Assembly (NCBI GenBank): GCA_035363255.1
Contig: DAOSES010000015.1
Span: forward strand, 1-58,933
DNA length: 58,933 nucleotides
DNA from: Caldisericia bacterium
Lineage (GTDB): Bacteria; Caldisericota; Caldisericia; UBA6126
Reading direction: 5' to 3'
Shown: positions 1-9,184 of the stretch, piece after piece
Position numbering within the stretch: the stretch's first letter is position 1
Layout: each line of letters starts with the position of its first letter
Position numbers and translations under genes: made by a program
The notes under the pieces: generated by a model
Database searches by the model: none
Told to the model about the DNA's origin: nothing
What the model saw: the letters and a program-made list of their open reading frames with translations, nothing else

Positions 1-74
1 GGATGTCTGGCTCAACTTAATCGGAACGATGGCTCAAAGTGAGACGGATTATCCAGTTATTGAAAGGAGCATAC

Positions 75-1031
75 ATGCAAGTAATTATTATCATGGCCAT
101 CATTGGTATCATCATACTAATTGGATCGAGCATCAACGCTGACTTCAGCAAAAAAATCATGGGAAAATTTATCAAACCAATTTTCATTATCATCATTTTG
201 CTTGTGCTCGTTTTTTCAATGTTTTCACAAGTTCCTGCTGGACATATTGGTTTGTTGTATCAATTTGGTGCCATCCGTGGGGAACGTACAGATGGGCTTC
301 AGTTTAAAGCACCCTGGCAAACCGTAGTGGCTGTTAATATACAAACCCAACGAAAAACATACAAAGAGATCTATTGTTTTAGCAAAGAAACCCAAGAAGT
401 TCTTATCAATGGCACGGTCAACTTTTATATTGATAGTAAAAATATTCAAAAACTCTATCGAAACGTTGGTAAAGAGTATGTAGAGAAACTTATTGATCCT
501 CGTGTTCAACAAGCTATTAAAAATCAGACAGTGCAATTTTCAGCCATTGATATCGCACCAAATCGTGAAGCTATACGTAAGTCAGTCAAAGAATCACTAG
601 TGTCAGATCCTGAATTGAGTTTGAATTCCATTATCATAACCGATTTTTTACTTGAAAACATCGATTTTAACACCGATTTTAAAGCTGCGATCGAAGCAAA
701 ACAAGTTGCAACGCAAGAAGCCTTGAAAGCTGCAGAACAAATTAAAATTGAAAAAGCCAAAGCAGACCAAGCAATCGAAACCGCCAGAGGCTTTGCAGAA
801 TCAGAATTTACAAAAAAGAAAGCTGAAGGCGATTGGATTTTGTATATTGGACAAAAACAAGCAGAAGCCAACCAACTTCTCAATAAAACATTGACACCCG
901 AACTCGTTCAACTCAAGATGATTGAAAAACTAAGCGATAAGCTTCAAATAATGATTGTTCCATCTGGATCTATCAACTTTTTTGATCCAAAAGGAATGCT
1001 TAAACAGCTTACTGAAGCAACACCCCAATAA
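75..1031 (+). CDS. SPFH/band-7 (prohibitin/HflC-like) membrane protein
   Basis: N-terminal hydrophobic helix, SPFH-like motif PAGHIGLLYQFGAIRGERTDGLQFKAPW, and a charged/coiled-coil C-terminus. RBS AAAGGAG lies 6 nt before ATG 75. The ORF tool extends it to GTG 39. Confidence 0.75.
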   Translation: MQVIIIMAIIGIIILIGSSINADFSKKIMGKFIKPIFIIIILLVLVFSMFSQVPAGHIGLLYQFGAIRGERTDGLQFKAPWQTVVAVNIQTQRKTYKEIYCFSKETQEVLINGTVNFYIDSKNIQKLYRNVGKEYVEKLIDPRVQQAIKNQTVQFSAIDIAPNREAIRKSVKESLVSDPELSLNSIIITDFLLENIDFNTDFKAAIEAKQVATQEALKAAEQIKIEKAKADQAIETARGFAESEFTKKKAEGDWILYIGQKQAEANQLLNKTLTPELVQLKMIEKLSDKLQIMIVPSGSINFFDPKGMLKQLTEATPQ

Positions 1032-1104
1032 AAGGCAAATCGTAAATGTAGCATTGCATGTGTGTTTGAGTTGACTTTATCAACTCGGAGGGAGCAAAAA
1101 TGAT

Positions 1105-2617
1105 ATGAGTACTGAGATTGATTTATATTCCCTCGTTGAGTCACTAACTCTTGGAATAGTATGCCAAGATCAGGATTACAAAATCATTTACTGCAATAAA
1201 GCCGCAGAACACATTTTAGGCATTAATAAAGACCAAATTTATGGTTTAACTTCTTTCGATGTGCGTTGGAAAGCAATTCACGAAGATGGAACTGACTTTC
1301 CTGCAGAAACCCATCCCATTGTAGAAGCTTTAAGAAAAGGTATTTTTGTAAAAAATGTTACCATGGGGGTGTTTATTGAAAAAATCAACGATTATCGATG
1401 GATAAAAGTAAGTGGAATTCCTGTTTTTTAAAGATCAAAAAAAACCTCCTATTCAAGCTATAGCAGTTTTTGAAGATATTACTGACAAAATACGATTAGA
1501 AAATTCACTTCTTGATAGTGAAAAGATGATGAATAATCTCATTGATTTTGCTCCTTATGGTGCTCATCAATACTATCTAAATGAAGACCAAGAACTGATC
1601 TTTATGTATTTCAATAAATCTGCTAACAAAATTCTTGGAATAGATCAAAGTGTGCTTTTAGGAAAAACAATCGAATTTGCTTTTCCAGGCTTATCCACTA
1701 ACCTAATACAAATGTATAAAAATGTTGCATTAAGCGGAATCCCTGCGCATATTGAAGATGTTTACTATGAAGAAGGTAAGATCAAAGGAGTATTTGATGT
1801 ATATGCGTTGCAACCCTCATATGGAAACGTAGTTTCTTTTTTTCTTGACGTTTCTGAGCAAACTAAAGCTGCTGATGAATTAAAAAAACTCAATCAGGAG
1901 TTAGAGGAGCGAGTTAAGGAAAGGACACGAAAACTGGAGCTTGTTAATTCAGAGCTTGAAGCCTTTTGTTACTCTGTAGCGCATGATTTCAAAACTCCTT
2001 TGCGGACTATAAATGGGCAAGTTCACAAAATACAAGAAGATTTTAACCAAGAGATAAGTCAAGATTTAAATCTAATTCTTGAAACTATCAATGAATCAAG
2101 TCTCCAGCTCAACAAAATGCTTGATAGTGTTTTACTTTTAAAAAATATCTCACGAAAAAGCTTTCATATCAGCTCAGTAAACTTGAGTTCCCTTGCTTTA
2201 TCGATTATCGCTAACTTACAAGCTAGACCTGAAAGCAAGACTATTCATTTTAATTGCCAGGAAAACATGATCGTTCAAGGAGATTATGAGTTATTGGATA
2301 TTATGTTAAATCATCTCTTAAATAATGCGTGGAAATACTCTTTGTTGAAAGATGATGTTAGAATCTCATTTAAGAGCACAATTGTTGACAACCTTCCCTG
2401 CTTTTGCATAAAAGACCAGGGAATTGGATTTAACATGCAGTATTACAAGAAACTATTTCAACCTTTCCATCGTCTCCATTCAAGTTCTCAAGCTGAAGGA
2501 TTGGGAATAGGCTTATTAATTGCTCAGAGAATTGTTCAAAAACACAAAGGAGAAATATGGCTTGAAAGCCGAGAGAATGAAGGTACAAGTCTATTTTTTA
2601 CTATTAATACAGTATAA
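1105..2617 (+). pseudogene. Cytoplasmic PAS-PAS sensor histidine kinase (HisKA + HATPase_c) split into two overlapping ORFs (1105-1431 and 1412-2617) by a frame change at a T6 run
   Basis: ORF1 ends ...KVSGIPVF*. ORF2 continues the same PAS domain (KDQKKPPIQAIAVFEDITDKIRLENSL) in the +1 frame. The H-box AHDFKTPL and G1/G2 boxes are present downstream. Removing one T at 1424-1429 fuses the frames. Confidence 0.55.
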
Positions 2618-3742
2618 AACCCCATTTGCACAGGCAATAAATAGCTTATGGTCGTGTATTACTGAAGATGCAGCTATCAAATCAGGAAATTTATATTTCC
2701 AGAGCTCTTTCCCATTTGTTGCGTTGATGGCATAAAACCATCCATCTGCTGATCCAAGATATAATGTTTTTCCATCAAATGCTGGAGAAGAAATGATGAA
2801 GTCTGACAAGATGGTCTTCCAACGCACTTCTCCACTCAATGCTTCAAATGCATAAAAGCTTCGGTCAAAGCTTCCAACATAAATCATGTCGTTGAAGGCA
2901 ACAGGTGAGTTGTAAATCCAATCTGAGCTTTGGTGTTTCCATTTCCGGTAGCCAGTATTTGCATCAATAGAGTAAATATATCCATCGTCCGACCCCACAT
3001 AAACATAATCATTCATGATGGCCGGAGAAGAAGAAACTTTTCCCGAAGTTTTAAATTGCCAGCGTTCTTTTCCCGTTTTCCATTCAATTGCATAAACATT
3101 TTCATCAGCATTTCCTATGTAAAGCAAATCTTTGGAAACGGACGGAGAGGAATGAAAAATATCTTGTCCTTTAAATTTCCATACTTCTGATCCACTTTTT
3201 CTATCAAAAGAGTAAAGATATGTATCAGCACTCCCAACAAATACAAAGTCATCATAAACTAATGGAGAAGAATTGATGACATCGCCAGTGAAACCCTTCC
3301 AGACTACGGATCCGGTAAAAGCATCAAGGGCATATAAGTTGCCATCATCCGAGCCTATATACAACAAGCCCTCGTAAACAGATGGTGATGAGTATATACT
3401 TGTACCAATAAGTGTTTTCCATACTAAAGATCCATCTTTTGCATCAATGGCATAAACATATCCATCGTAACAACCAAAATATACAGTATTATTGGCAATA
3501 GCTGGAGATGATTCGATGCTACTATTTGTTTTAAATGTCCACTCAGGAGTGCTGTATTTACGTGGACCATCTGTTGGATAATAAGCAGTTTTTTGGTAAT
3601 CAGCTCTGAACATTGCTTTGTTTGGAGTCGAGTTAATATCCTGTTCTTGGGTCTTTTGTGAATCAGTACAAGAAAAAAGAGTAAGATTGATACAGATCAG
3701 AATAAGACCAATAAGATACAAACTTAGAATACGCTTCATCAT
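2591..3742 (-). CDS. PQQ-repeat beta-propeller lipoprotein (BamB-like)
   Basis: Signal peptide with lipobox LFSC. Repeated motifs of the form 'YVYAIDAKDGSLVWK' / 'LYALDAFTGSVVWK' are typical of PQQ enzyme repeats. Confidence 0.8.
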   Translation of the reverse strand: MMKRILSLYLIGLILICINLTLFSCTDSQKTQEQDINSTPNKAMFRADYQKTAYYPTDGPRKYSTPEWTFKTNSSIESSPAIANNTVYFGCYDGYVYAIDAKDGSLVWKTLIGTSIYSSPSVYEGLLYIGSDDGNLYALDAFTGSVVWKGFTGDVINSSPLVYDDFVFVGSADTYLYSFDRKSGSEVWKFKGQDIFHSSPSVSKDLLYIGNADENVYAIEWKTGKERWQFKTSGKVSSSPAIMNDYVYVGSDDGYIYSIDANTGYRKWKHQSSDWIYNSPVAFNDMIYVGSFDRSFYAFEALSGEVRWKTILSDFIISSPAFDGKTLYLGSADGWFYAINATNGKELWKYKFPDLIAASSVIHDHKLFIACANGVLYCINSKK

Positions 3743-3772
3743 TACTCCTTGGGTCTATTTAAAAAACAATAC

Positions 3773-3862
3773 TGGCGGAGAAGGGGGGATTCGAACCCCC
3801 GAAACACGTACGTGTTTATCTGCTTTCGAGGCAGACGCTTTCAACCACTCAGCCACCTCTCC
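3773..3862 (-). tRNA. tRNA-Ser (anticodon CGA), type II with long variable arm, CCA encoded
   Basis: The reverse complement reads GGAGAGGTGGCTGAGTGGTTGAAAGCG-TCTGC-CTCGAAA-GCAGA-(long variable arm)-GGGGGTTCGAATCCCCC-CTTCTCC-G-CCA. The acceptor stem has 7 bp with one G-U pair, and the anticodon loop is CU-CGA-AA. Confidence 0.85.
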
Positions 3863-4310
3863 TTAACTGAACAAAAAAATTCTTCATGATTTGTTCAATC
3901 TGGTTCTCTAATATACCATGAAAGATGAGAGTTTTAAGTGTTAAATTTTGATTAATTTTTTGGCTAGACCATGCACCATACTCAGCATTAGATATTCCAT
4001 AGTACACAGCTCGAATACGAGCTAAAATAATGGCTCCCAAACACATTAGACAGGGTTCTACGGTAACAAATAGATCACAAGAACTCAACCTCCAATTATG
4101 AATGTTTTTTGACGCAGCCTCGATTGCAATCATTTCTGCATGTGCTAAGGGATTTTGCTGTGAAAGAGTTTGATTGAAACCTTTTCCAATAACAACATGA
4201 TCTTTGACAATCACACATGCAATTGGCACTTCTTCCTTTTTTTGTGCCTCCCCGCATAATTGAATAGCTTCAGACATGTATTTTTCTGCATATGATATAT
4301 TTGCATTCAT
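3849..4310 (-). CDS. tadA: tRNA-specific adenosine deaminase TadA
   Basis: Cytidine/adenosine deaminase zinc motifs HAEMIAI and VEPCLMCLGAI are present. The last 4 codons plus the stop overlap the 5' end of tRNA-Ser. Confidence 0.85.
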   Translation of the reverse strand: MNANISYAEKYMSEAIQLCGEAQKKEEVPIACVIVKDHVVIGKGFNQTLSQQNPLAHAEMIAIEAASKNIHNWRLSSCDLFVTVEPCLMCLGAIILARIRAVYYGISNAEYGAWSSQKINQNLTLKTLIFHGILENQIEQIMKNFFVQLRRGG

Positions 4311-5059
4311 GATTTCATTGGGGTAATTAGACCATTTTTAGCAAAGCTATAATAATCCGACTCATTAGCGCCAATAATGATATGATCAAGAACTGATACA
4401 TGAACGAGTTGACATGCTTTAACAATGGTGTGAGTGGTATGCATATCATCCTTTGATGGCGTGGTTTCACCGCTTGGATGGTTATGCACAAGAATTATTG
4501 CAGAAGCTGACAACTTGGTGGCATGCATTATCACTTCGCGGGGATCAACCATACAGGTATCAATCGTACCCATGGTCAAGTGAACTGTTTTGATCGGCTT
4601 GTTTTTTACATTAAGCAGAATTAGAGAAAATATCTCTTTTTTAATGTCACGATGATAAATTCCAATTTCATCTGCAACATAGTGAACAACTTCTTCTGGA
4701 CTTTGAAGTTTAGGTAGTGTATTTGCTCTTTCCTGAATGAGTCGTTTTCCGAGTTCCAAAGAAGCCTTAACTTGGATTGCTTTGGCATTTCCTATGCCTT
4801 CAATGGTGCATAATTCTTCTATGCTGGCTTGATCTAAACCACGTAAGGTTTTAAAGTGATTCATTAGCTTTTTTGCTACATCTTCAGCGCTTGTTCCGTA
4901 GGTACCCGTTCGTAGGATAATAGCCAAAAGTTTCGAAGGCGAAAGGTTTTCAGCTCCCATTTTTTGAAGCATCTCTCTGGGGCGTTCGTCCTCGATCCAG
5001 TACTTGATCGCAAGATGTTTTTCCGGTGTTATATCCTTTTTTTTCATTGCTACTCCCAT
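4307..5059 (-). CDS. radC: RadC-like JAB/MPN domain protein (UPF0758)
   Basis: JAMM motif HNHPSGETTPSKDD with an N-terminal HhH region. Its start overlaps the rsgA stop. Confidence 0.85.
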   Translation of the reverse strand: MGVAMKKKDITPEKHLAIKYWIEDERPREMLQKMGAENLSPSKLLAIILRTGTYGTSAEDVAKKLMNHFKTLRGLDQASIEELCTIEGIGNAKAIQVKASLELGKRLIQERANTLPKLQSPEEVVHYVADEIGIYHRDIKKEIFSLILLNVKNKPIKTVHLTMGTIDTCMVDPREVIMHATKLSASAIILVHNHPSGETTPSKDDMHTTHTIVKACQLVHVSVLDHIIIGANESDYYSFAKNGLITPMKS

Positions 5060-5739
5060 GTTGCAATTTTCTCATTTCTCAGTTTTTGATAGCTAGCAAA
5101 GCGCTTTGGATGAATTTGACCCAGTCGTAAAGCTTCTTTCACTGCACAGTTTGGCTCATTAGCGTGGGTGCAATTTGAAAACTTACAAAAAGGAATTTTC
5201 TCAATAATCTCCGGAAAAAAAGACTCAACGGAATCCAAGCGAATAAATCCTAATTCTTTTATTCCTGGAACATCAGCTATGAAAGTTTTTTCGTTTAACT
5301 CGTATAACTTTGATCCTGAGGTAGTATGTCGACCTGATTTTCCTATGATATTGAGTTGATTGATTTTTAAATCCAATCCAGTTAAGGCTTTTATTAAAGA
5401 GCTTTTTCCAACACCAGAGAGTCCGAGAAAAATGGTCTTTCGACCTTCGAGGATAGTTTTCAATGATTCCAATCCATCTGAAGTCTTTGCACTGACGTAA
5501 ACTACTGAAACTCCTAAGCTAGTATAGATTTGTTGTATTTCAGGATGCAAATCTTCTTCTTCGTCGCTCTTATTGATAATCAAGAAGGGTGTTACTTTGC
5601 CTGAAAGACATGCAATCAACATTCGATCAATCATTCCAATAGGAGTTATTGGGTAGTTTTTGGCAATAACTAAAAAAGCTTGATCCAAATTGCATGCAAT
5701 TACTTGGTTTTGCCTGGATTTGTGAGTAGACTGCCTCAT
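5050..5739 (-). CDS. rsgA: Ribosome small-subunit biogenesis GTPase RsgA. This is the annotated ATG-initiated part; the conserved OB-fold coding region continues upstream to 5970 without a canonical start.
   Basis: P-loop GLSGVGKSSLIKALTG and C-terminal zinc finger CKFSNCTHANEPNC. The in-frame translation of 5740-5970 matches the RsgA N-terminal OB fold. Confidence 0.85.
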   Translation of the reverse strand: MRQSTHKSRQNQVIACNLDQAFLVIAKNYPITPIGMIDRMLIACLSGKVTPFLIINKSDEEEDLHPEIQQIYTSLGVSVVYVSAKTSDGLESLKTILEGRKTIFLGLSGVGKSSLIKALTGLDLKINQLNIIGKSGRHTTSGSKLYELNEKTFIADVPGIKELGFIRLDSVESFFPEIIEKIPFCKFSNCTHANEPNCAVKEALRLGQIHPKRFASYQKLRNEKIATWE

Positions 5740-5970
5740 GAGGATAGTGCGGGGTGGAAGAATACGATGAATTACTGCTAAACCATCATTTAAAGAAAAT
5801 TCAACTTCATCGCCAAGAGCAAGGGAGTTTGATTTATCAGCATGAGCTGATGTGTGGCTTTTTTTTAACCAAGCCTTATAGACACTACCTTGTGCGTCTC
5901 GAAGCGATATGAATCCCGATATCTCAACTATCTGACCCCGAAAAAAAGAATTGCTGATAAATCTATCCCT

Positions 5971-7785
5971 CTAAGATGGATAGTCTGGCAAAAAGGCAAT
6001 AGATATGGTGCCAGGTCCGGAATGAGAGCCAATTGTAGGGGAAATAGAGGTAACATAAATGCTTTTTACGGGATACATTTTTTCAATTTGTTCTTTATAC
6101 CAAAGAGCAGTAGATTCGTTATTACAATGACCTATTGCAAAATGTACTGATTTTAGCCCTGATATTCGCTTTGAGATCTCGTGAAGCATTTTTTTTCTGA
6201 GGCCATTGCTTCCAAAAGCTTTGGAAAAAGGTTTTAAAGCTCCTGTAGGATCGGTATGCATTAAGGGTTTTAGATTGAGCAAAGTAGCAATTTTACCTTT
6301 TGAAGCTTTGAGTCTTCCGCCACGAATAAGATACTTTAAATCTTCAACTGTAAACAATTGTTGGATGTGGTTGCATGACCACTCAACTCTATCGCAAACT
6401 TCTTTAAAACTAAGTTGTTCCTCGATGGCTTTACCTGCTTGGGCTACAATTAAACCAAGACCTACACATATACTTTTGCTATCATAAGCAAGAATGTTTT
6501 CAGAGATACTAGCTGCTATTTTTTTGGCACTGTCGATTGAAGCACTTAATGGCCTTGCTATATGGATAGCTAAAGTGTTTTTAAAATTACGATTAGTCCA
6601 TTCATAGGTCTGTTTTAAGTCCATGTTGCTGAGTTGGGAGGTTTTTGCAACATCAGTTGAGTTTTGCATTCGGGTATAAAACTCATGATCGTCAATGGTA
6701 ATGCGATCAATCAGATTTTCTTTTCCAAAAGTAATACGAAATGGAATACGATGTATGTTGTATTTTTCTATCAAGTCGAGGGGTATGTCACAGGAGGTAT
6801 CAGTCACTAGTGCAATATTATGATTTACTTCTCCGTAGATATCTTTTTCCTGCTGACGAATATCTTCAATCTTCTCCTGATCTGTTTGACCATACTTTTG
6901 CAGAATTTGAAAAATTTTACCGGGCTGGTCTGAATGAGCATGGATTTTCATTTTTGTTTTTGAACCAACCACTACAACTGAGTCTGCAAAGGGTTTAAGT
7001 TCATCTTGAATAGTTTTACTGGACAAATGGTCGCCAACTAAAATGCACTCGGTGCAATAGCGATAGATTGAATCGGATTCTGGTGTATTGTTCGGTAAGG
7101 TTTTTTTATTTTCATCGGATATCTTTTTCCATAATTCACGGCGCATACGGCCATGTTCCATGTAGTCAACAATACCCTCAATCATATACACAAATCCTTG
7201 TGCACCTGCGTCAACTACATTTGCTTTACGAAGCACTTCCATCTGTTGAGTTGTACGAGCTAGACTAGCCTTAGCGGTTTCGAGTGATTGATACATTAGC
7301 GATGAAAAATCAGCTTCATTTTTACATCGTTCTGAAAGATCCTGTGCCCATTCTCGAATAACAGTCAGTATAGTACCTTCTTTAGGATTTGAAACTGCTT
7401 CTACTGCTCTTTTAGAAGCCAAGCTTGACGCTTCAGCCAAGTCTTTAGTATTAATTTTTCTGAATTTTTCAAAGCCTTCAGCTAGACCTTGGAAAAATTG
7501 AGCTAATATGGCGCCTGAATTTCCTCTGGCATTCATAAGGATGCTGTCGGCTATTAATTTGCTGGATTCTGAAATTGAGGAAGAATTGACGCTTTCAGGA
7601 TCCAATGCAATCGAACGTAGGGTTCCGCCCATGTTAGTACCCGTATCACTATCAGGAACAGGAAAGACATTAATATCATCGAGTTGTTTTTCTCTTTCAA
7701 TCAGCCATTTACTCGCTGCAACAATAGCACGATTAAACCTATTGCCATCTAAAAACTGAATACGATAATCATTTTTTTCTACCAT
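5971..7785 (-). CDS. yloV: DAK2 domain fusion protein YloV (DAK2 + DegV-like domain)
   Basis: N-terminal DAK2-like sequence (PVPDSDTGTNMGGTL) and C-terminal DegV-like sequence (IALVTDTSCDIPLDLIEKYNI...). Confidence 0.85.
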   Translation of the reverse strand: MVEKNDYRIQFLDGNRFNRAIVAASKWLIEREKQLDDINVFPVPDSDTGTNMGGTLRSIALDPESVNSSSISESSKLIADSILMNARGNSGAILAQFFQGLAEGFEKFRKINTKDLAEASSLASKRAVEAVSNPKEGTILTVIREWAQDLSERCKNEADFSSLMYQSLETAKASLARTTQQMEVLRKANVVDAGAQGFVYMIEGIVDYMEHGRMRRELWKKISDENKKTLPNNTPESDSIYRYCTECILVGDHLSSKTIQDELKPFADSVVVVGSKTKMKIHAHSDQPGKIFQILQKYGQTDQEKIEDIRQQEKDIYGEVNHNIALVTDTSCDIPLDLIEKYNIHRIPFRITFGKENLIDRITIDDHEFYTRMQNSTDVAKTSQLSNMDLKQTYEWTNRNFKNTLAIHIARPLSASIDSAKKIAASISENILAYDSKSICVGLGLIVAQAGKAIEEQLSFKEVCDRVEWSCNHIQQLFTVEDLKYLIRGGRLKASKGKIATLLNLKPLMHTDPTGALKPFSKAFGSNGLRKKMLHEISKRISGLKSVHFAIGHCNNESTALWYKEQIEKMYPVKSIYVTSISPTIGSHSGPGTISIAFLPDYPS

Positions 7786-7869
7786 TTAATCCACCTTTAG
7801 ATATGTCATCTTACCCACATCAATCATAAAACAGGAATAACGCTTTTTCAATGAGAGAAACGAGAGAAA

Positions 7870-9183
7870 TTACTGGGTGTTACCAGCAACACTGACTCCA
7901 CGTAGCTTTATTGAACATGGCCCGTAATATTGCTTCAATAGCCTACGTTCCTTTGAAAGAATCAAGTTGTTATGTATTTTTTTTAGGTTTCCAGAAATGG
8001 ATCCACCAAATACAGGAGTAACTTTGTTTCCATCATAAAAATAAGCCAAACGTATTTCACCGCCAAAATCACTTGTTATTTGATCCATTTGAAAATCAGA
8101 GAAGGCTGTAATCTCTAAAAATGCTTCACTTTTCATTTGTTGGAGTGTCTGGCTCCCACTATCAACAGAGATGTTGCAAAACTGCCCTGTTGGCGGAGTA
8201 TGTATATAGTGACTATATTGGATATCCCCCCAATACCTTTCGACTATGCCTTCTTGTATAAGTCGCATTTTGTGAAGTGGAAATCCATCTGAATCAAAGG
8301 GTCTTGAGTGGTAGGATCCTGGAAGCTGAGGATCTAAGTAGAGTGAAATTTTATCACCTTCGATTTCATCTCCTTGAATGTTTTCACCAATATCTGTATC
8401 AGAAATATTTTCATAGATATTTCTGGCTGATAGACGAAACAGATAGTATTGCAATAATTCACTTACTGCGTCACCAGTAAGGATTACGGGTATTTCACAA
8501 AGATTTGGCAGGGGTATTGCTCTTGCCCGATCTGAAGTAGCGTGTAACAACTGCATAATCTTGCTCTTAAGCACACCTTCTTTGAGATCGGACAAAAGAA
8601 TAGCTTCATACAATTCAATTTCTTCGCTTATACCGGGGGCTTGGGTAATACATTCAACATAAAGGCTGGGTTTAACAAAATCGATGGAAAGACCTTTGGA
8701 GTTAGTGATAAATTCTTGCTTAAGAGATAAAAACAATTCACTCGAATTTATTCTAACCTTATCTAAAGACGAATTGGATGAATATATTTCTTGGACTAGT
8801 TGAGGAAGATTTTCGCTTAAATCCTGAACACTAGGGACATTATTGCTTGGATAGTTGACGCATACTACATGATTTACTATCGGAAAGCGTTCGTTTTTAA
8901 CAAAACTTGAAGCATAAACTGCTTTTCGAATAGTTTCTTCCATCTCCTCATCTGACATGGTAGGATGTATAGTAGTGGTTGCTGAGCCCCGATATGACTT
9001 TAAATTAAATTTAAAGTCACGATACACGGTCAATTTTATATCTTCAATCTGTTTTGCTCGAATCATATCTACTGAATCACCAATAAAAAAGAGTTCTCTG
9101 CCTTCATTTTTAATCGATACAATTTTCCAATCGGAGATTTCGTCGCTAAAGAGGCTTAGACATTTTTTGATTCTGTCAATCAT
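7870..9183 (-). CDS. pmbA: PmbA/TldE-family metalloprotease modulator
   Basis: Matches the TldD/PmbA family in length and lacks HExxxH. It sits immediately downstream of tldD. Confidence 0.7.
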   Translation of the reverse strand: MIDRIKKCLSLFSDEISDWKIVSIKNEGRELFFIGDSVDMIRAKQIEDIKLTVYRDFKFNLKSYRGSATTTIHPTMSDEEMEETIRKAVYASSFVKNERFPIVNHVVCVNYPSNNVPSVQDLSENLPQLVQEIYSSNSSLDKVRINSSELFLSLKQEFITNSKGLSIDFVKPSLYVECITQAPGISEEIELYEAILLSDLKEGVLKSKIMQLLHATSDRARAIPLPNLCEIPVILTGDAVSELLQYYLFRLSARNIYENISDTDIGENIQGDEIEGDKISLYLDPQLPGSYHSRPFDSDGFPLHKMRLIQEGIVERYWGDIQYSHYIHTPPTGQFCNISVDSGSQTLQQMKSEAFLEITAFSDFQMDQITSDFGGEIRLAYFYDGNKVTPVFGGSISGNLKKIHNNLILSKERRLLKQYYGPCSIKLRGVSVAGNTQ

Positions 9184-9184
9184 T

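Noticed and set aside
2520-3190. Small ORFs 2520-2735 (+) and 2930-3190 (+)
   Set aside because: They overlap the strongly supported PQQ-repeat gene on the opposite strand and have no recognisable motifs or RBS.
5971-5973. YloV-RsgA translational fusion by TAG readthrough
   Set aside because: Not rejected outright, but considered less likely than non-canonical initiation or a sequence error. The two proteins are unrelated in function and separate in other organisms.
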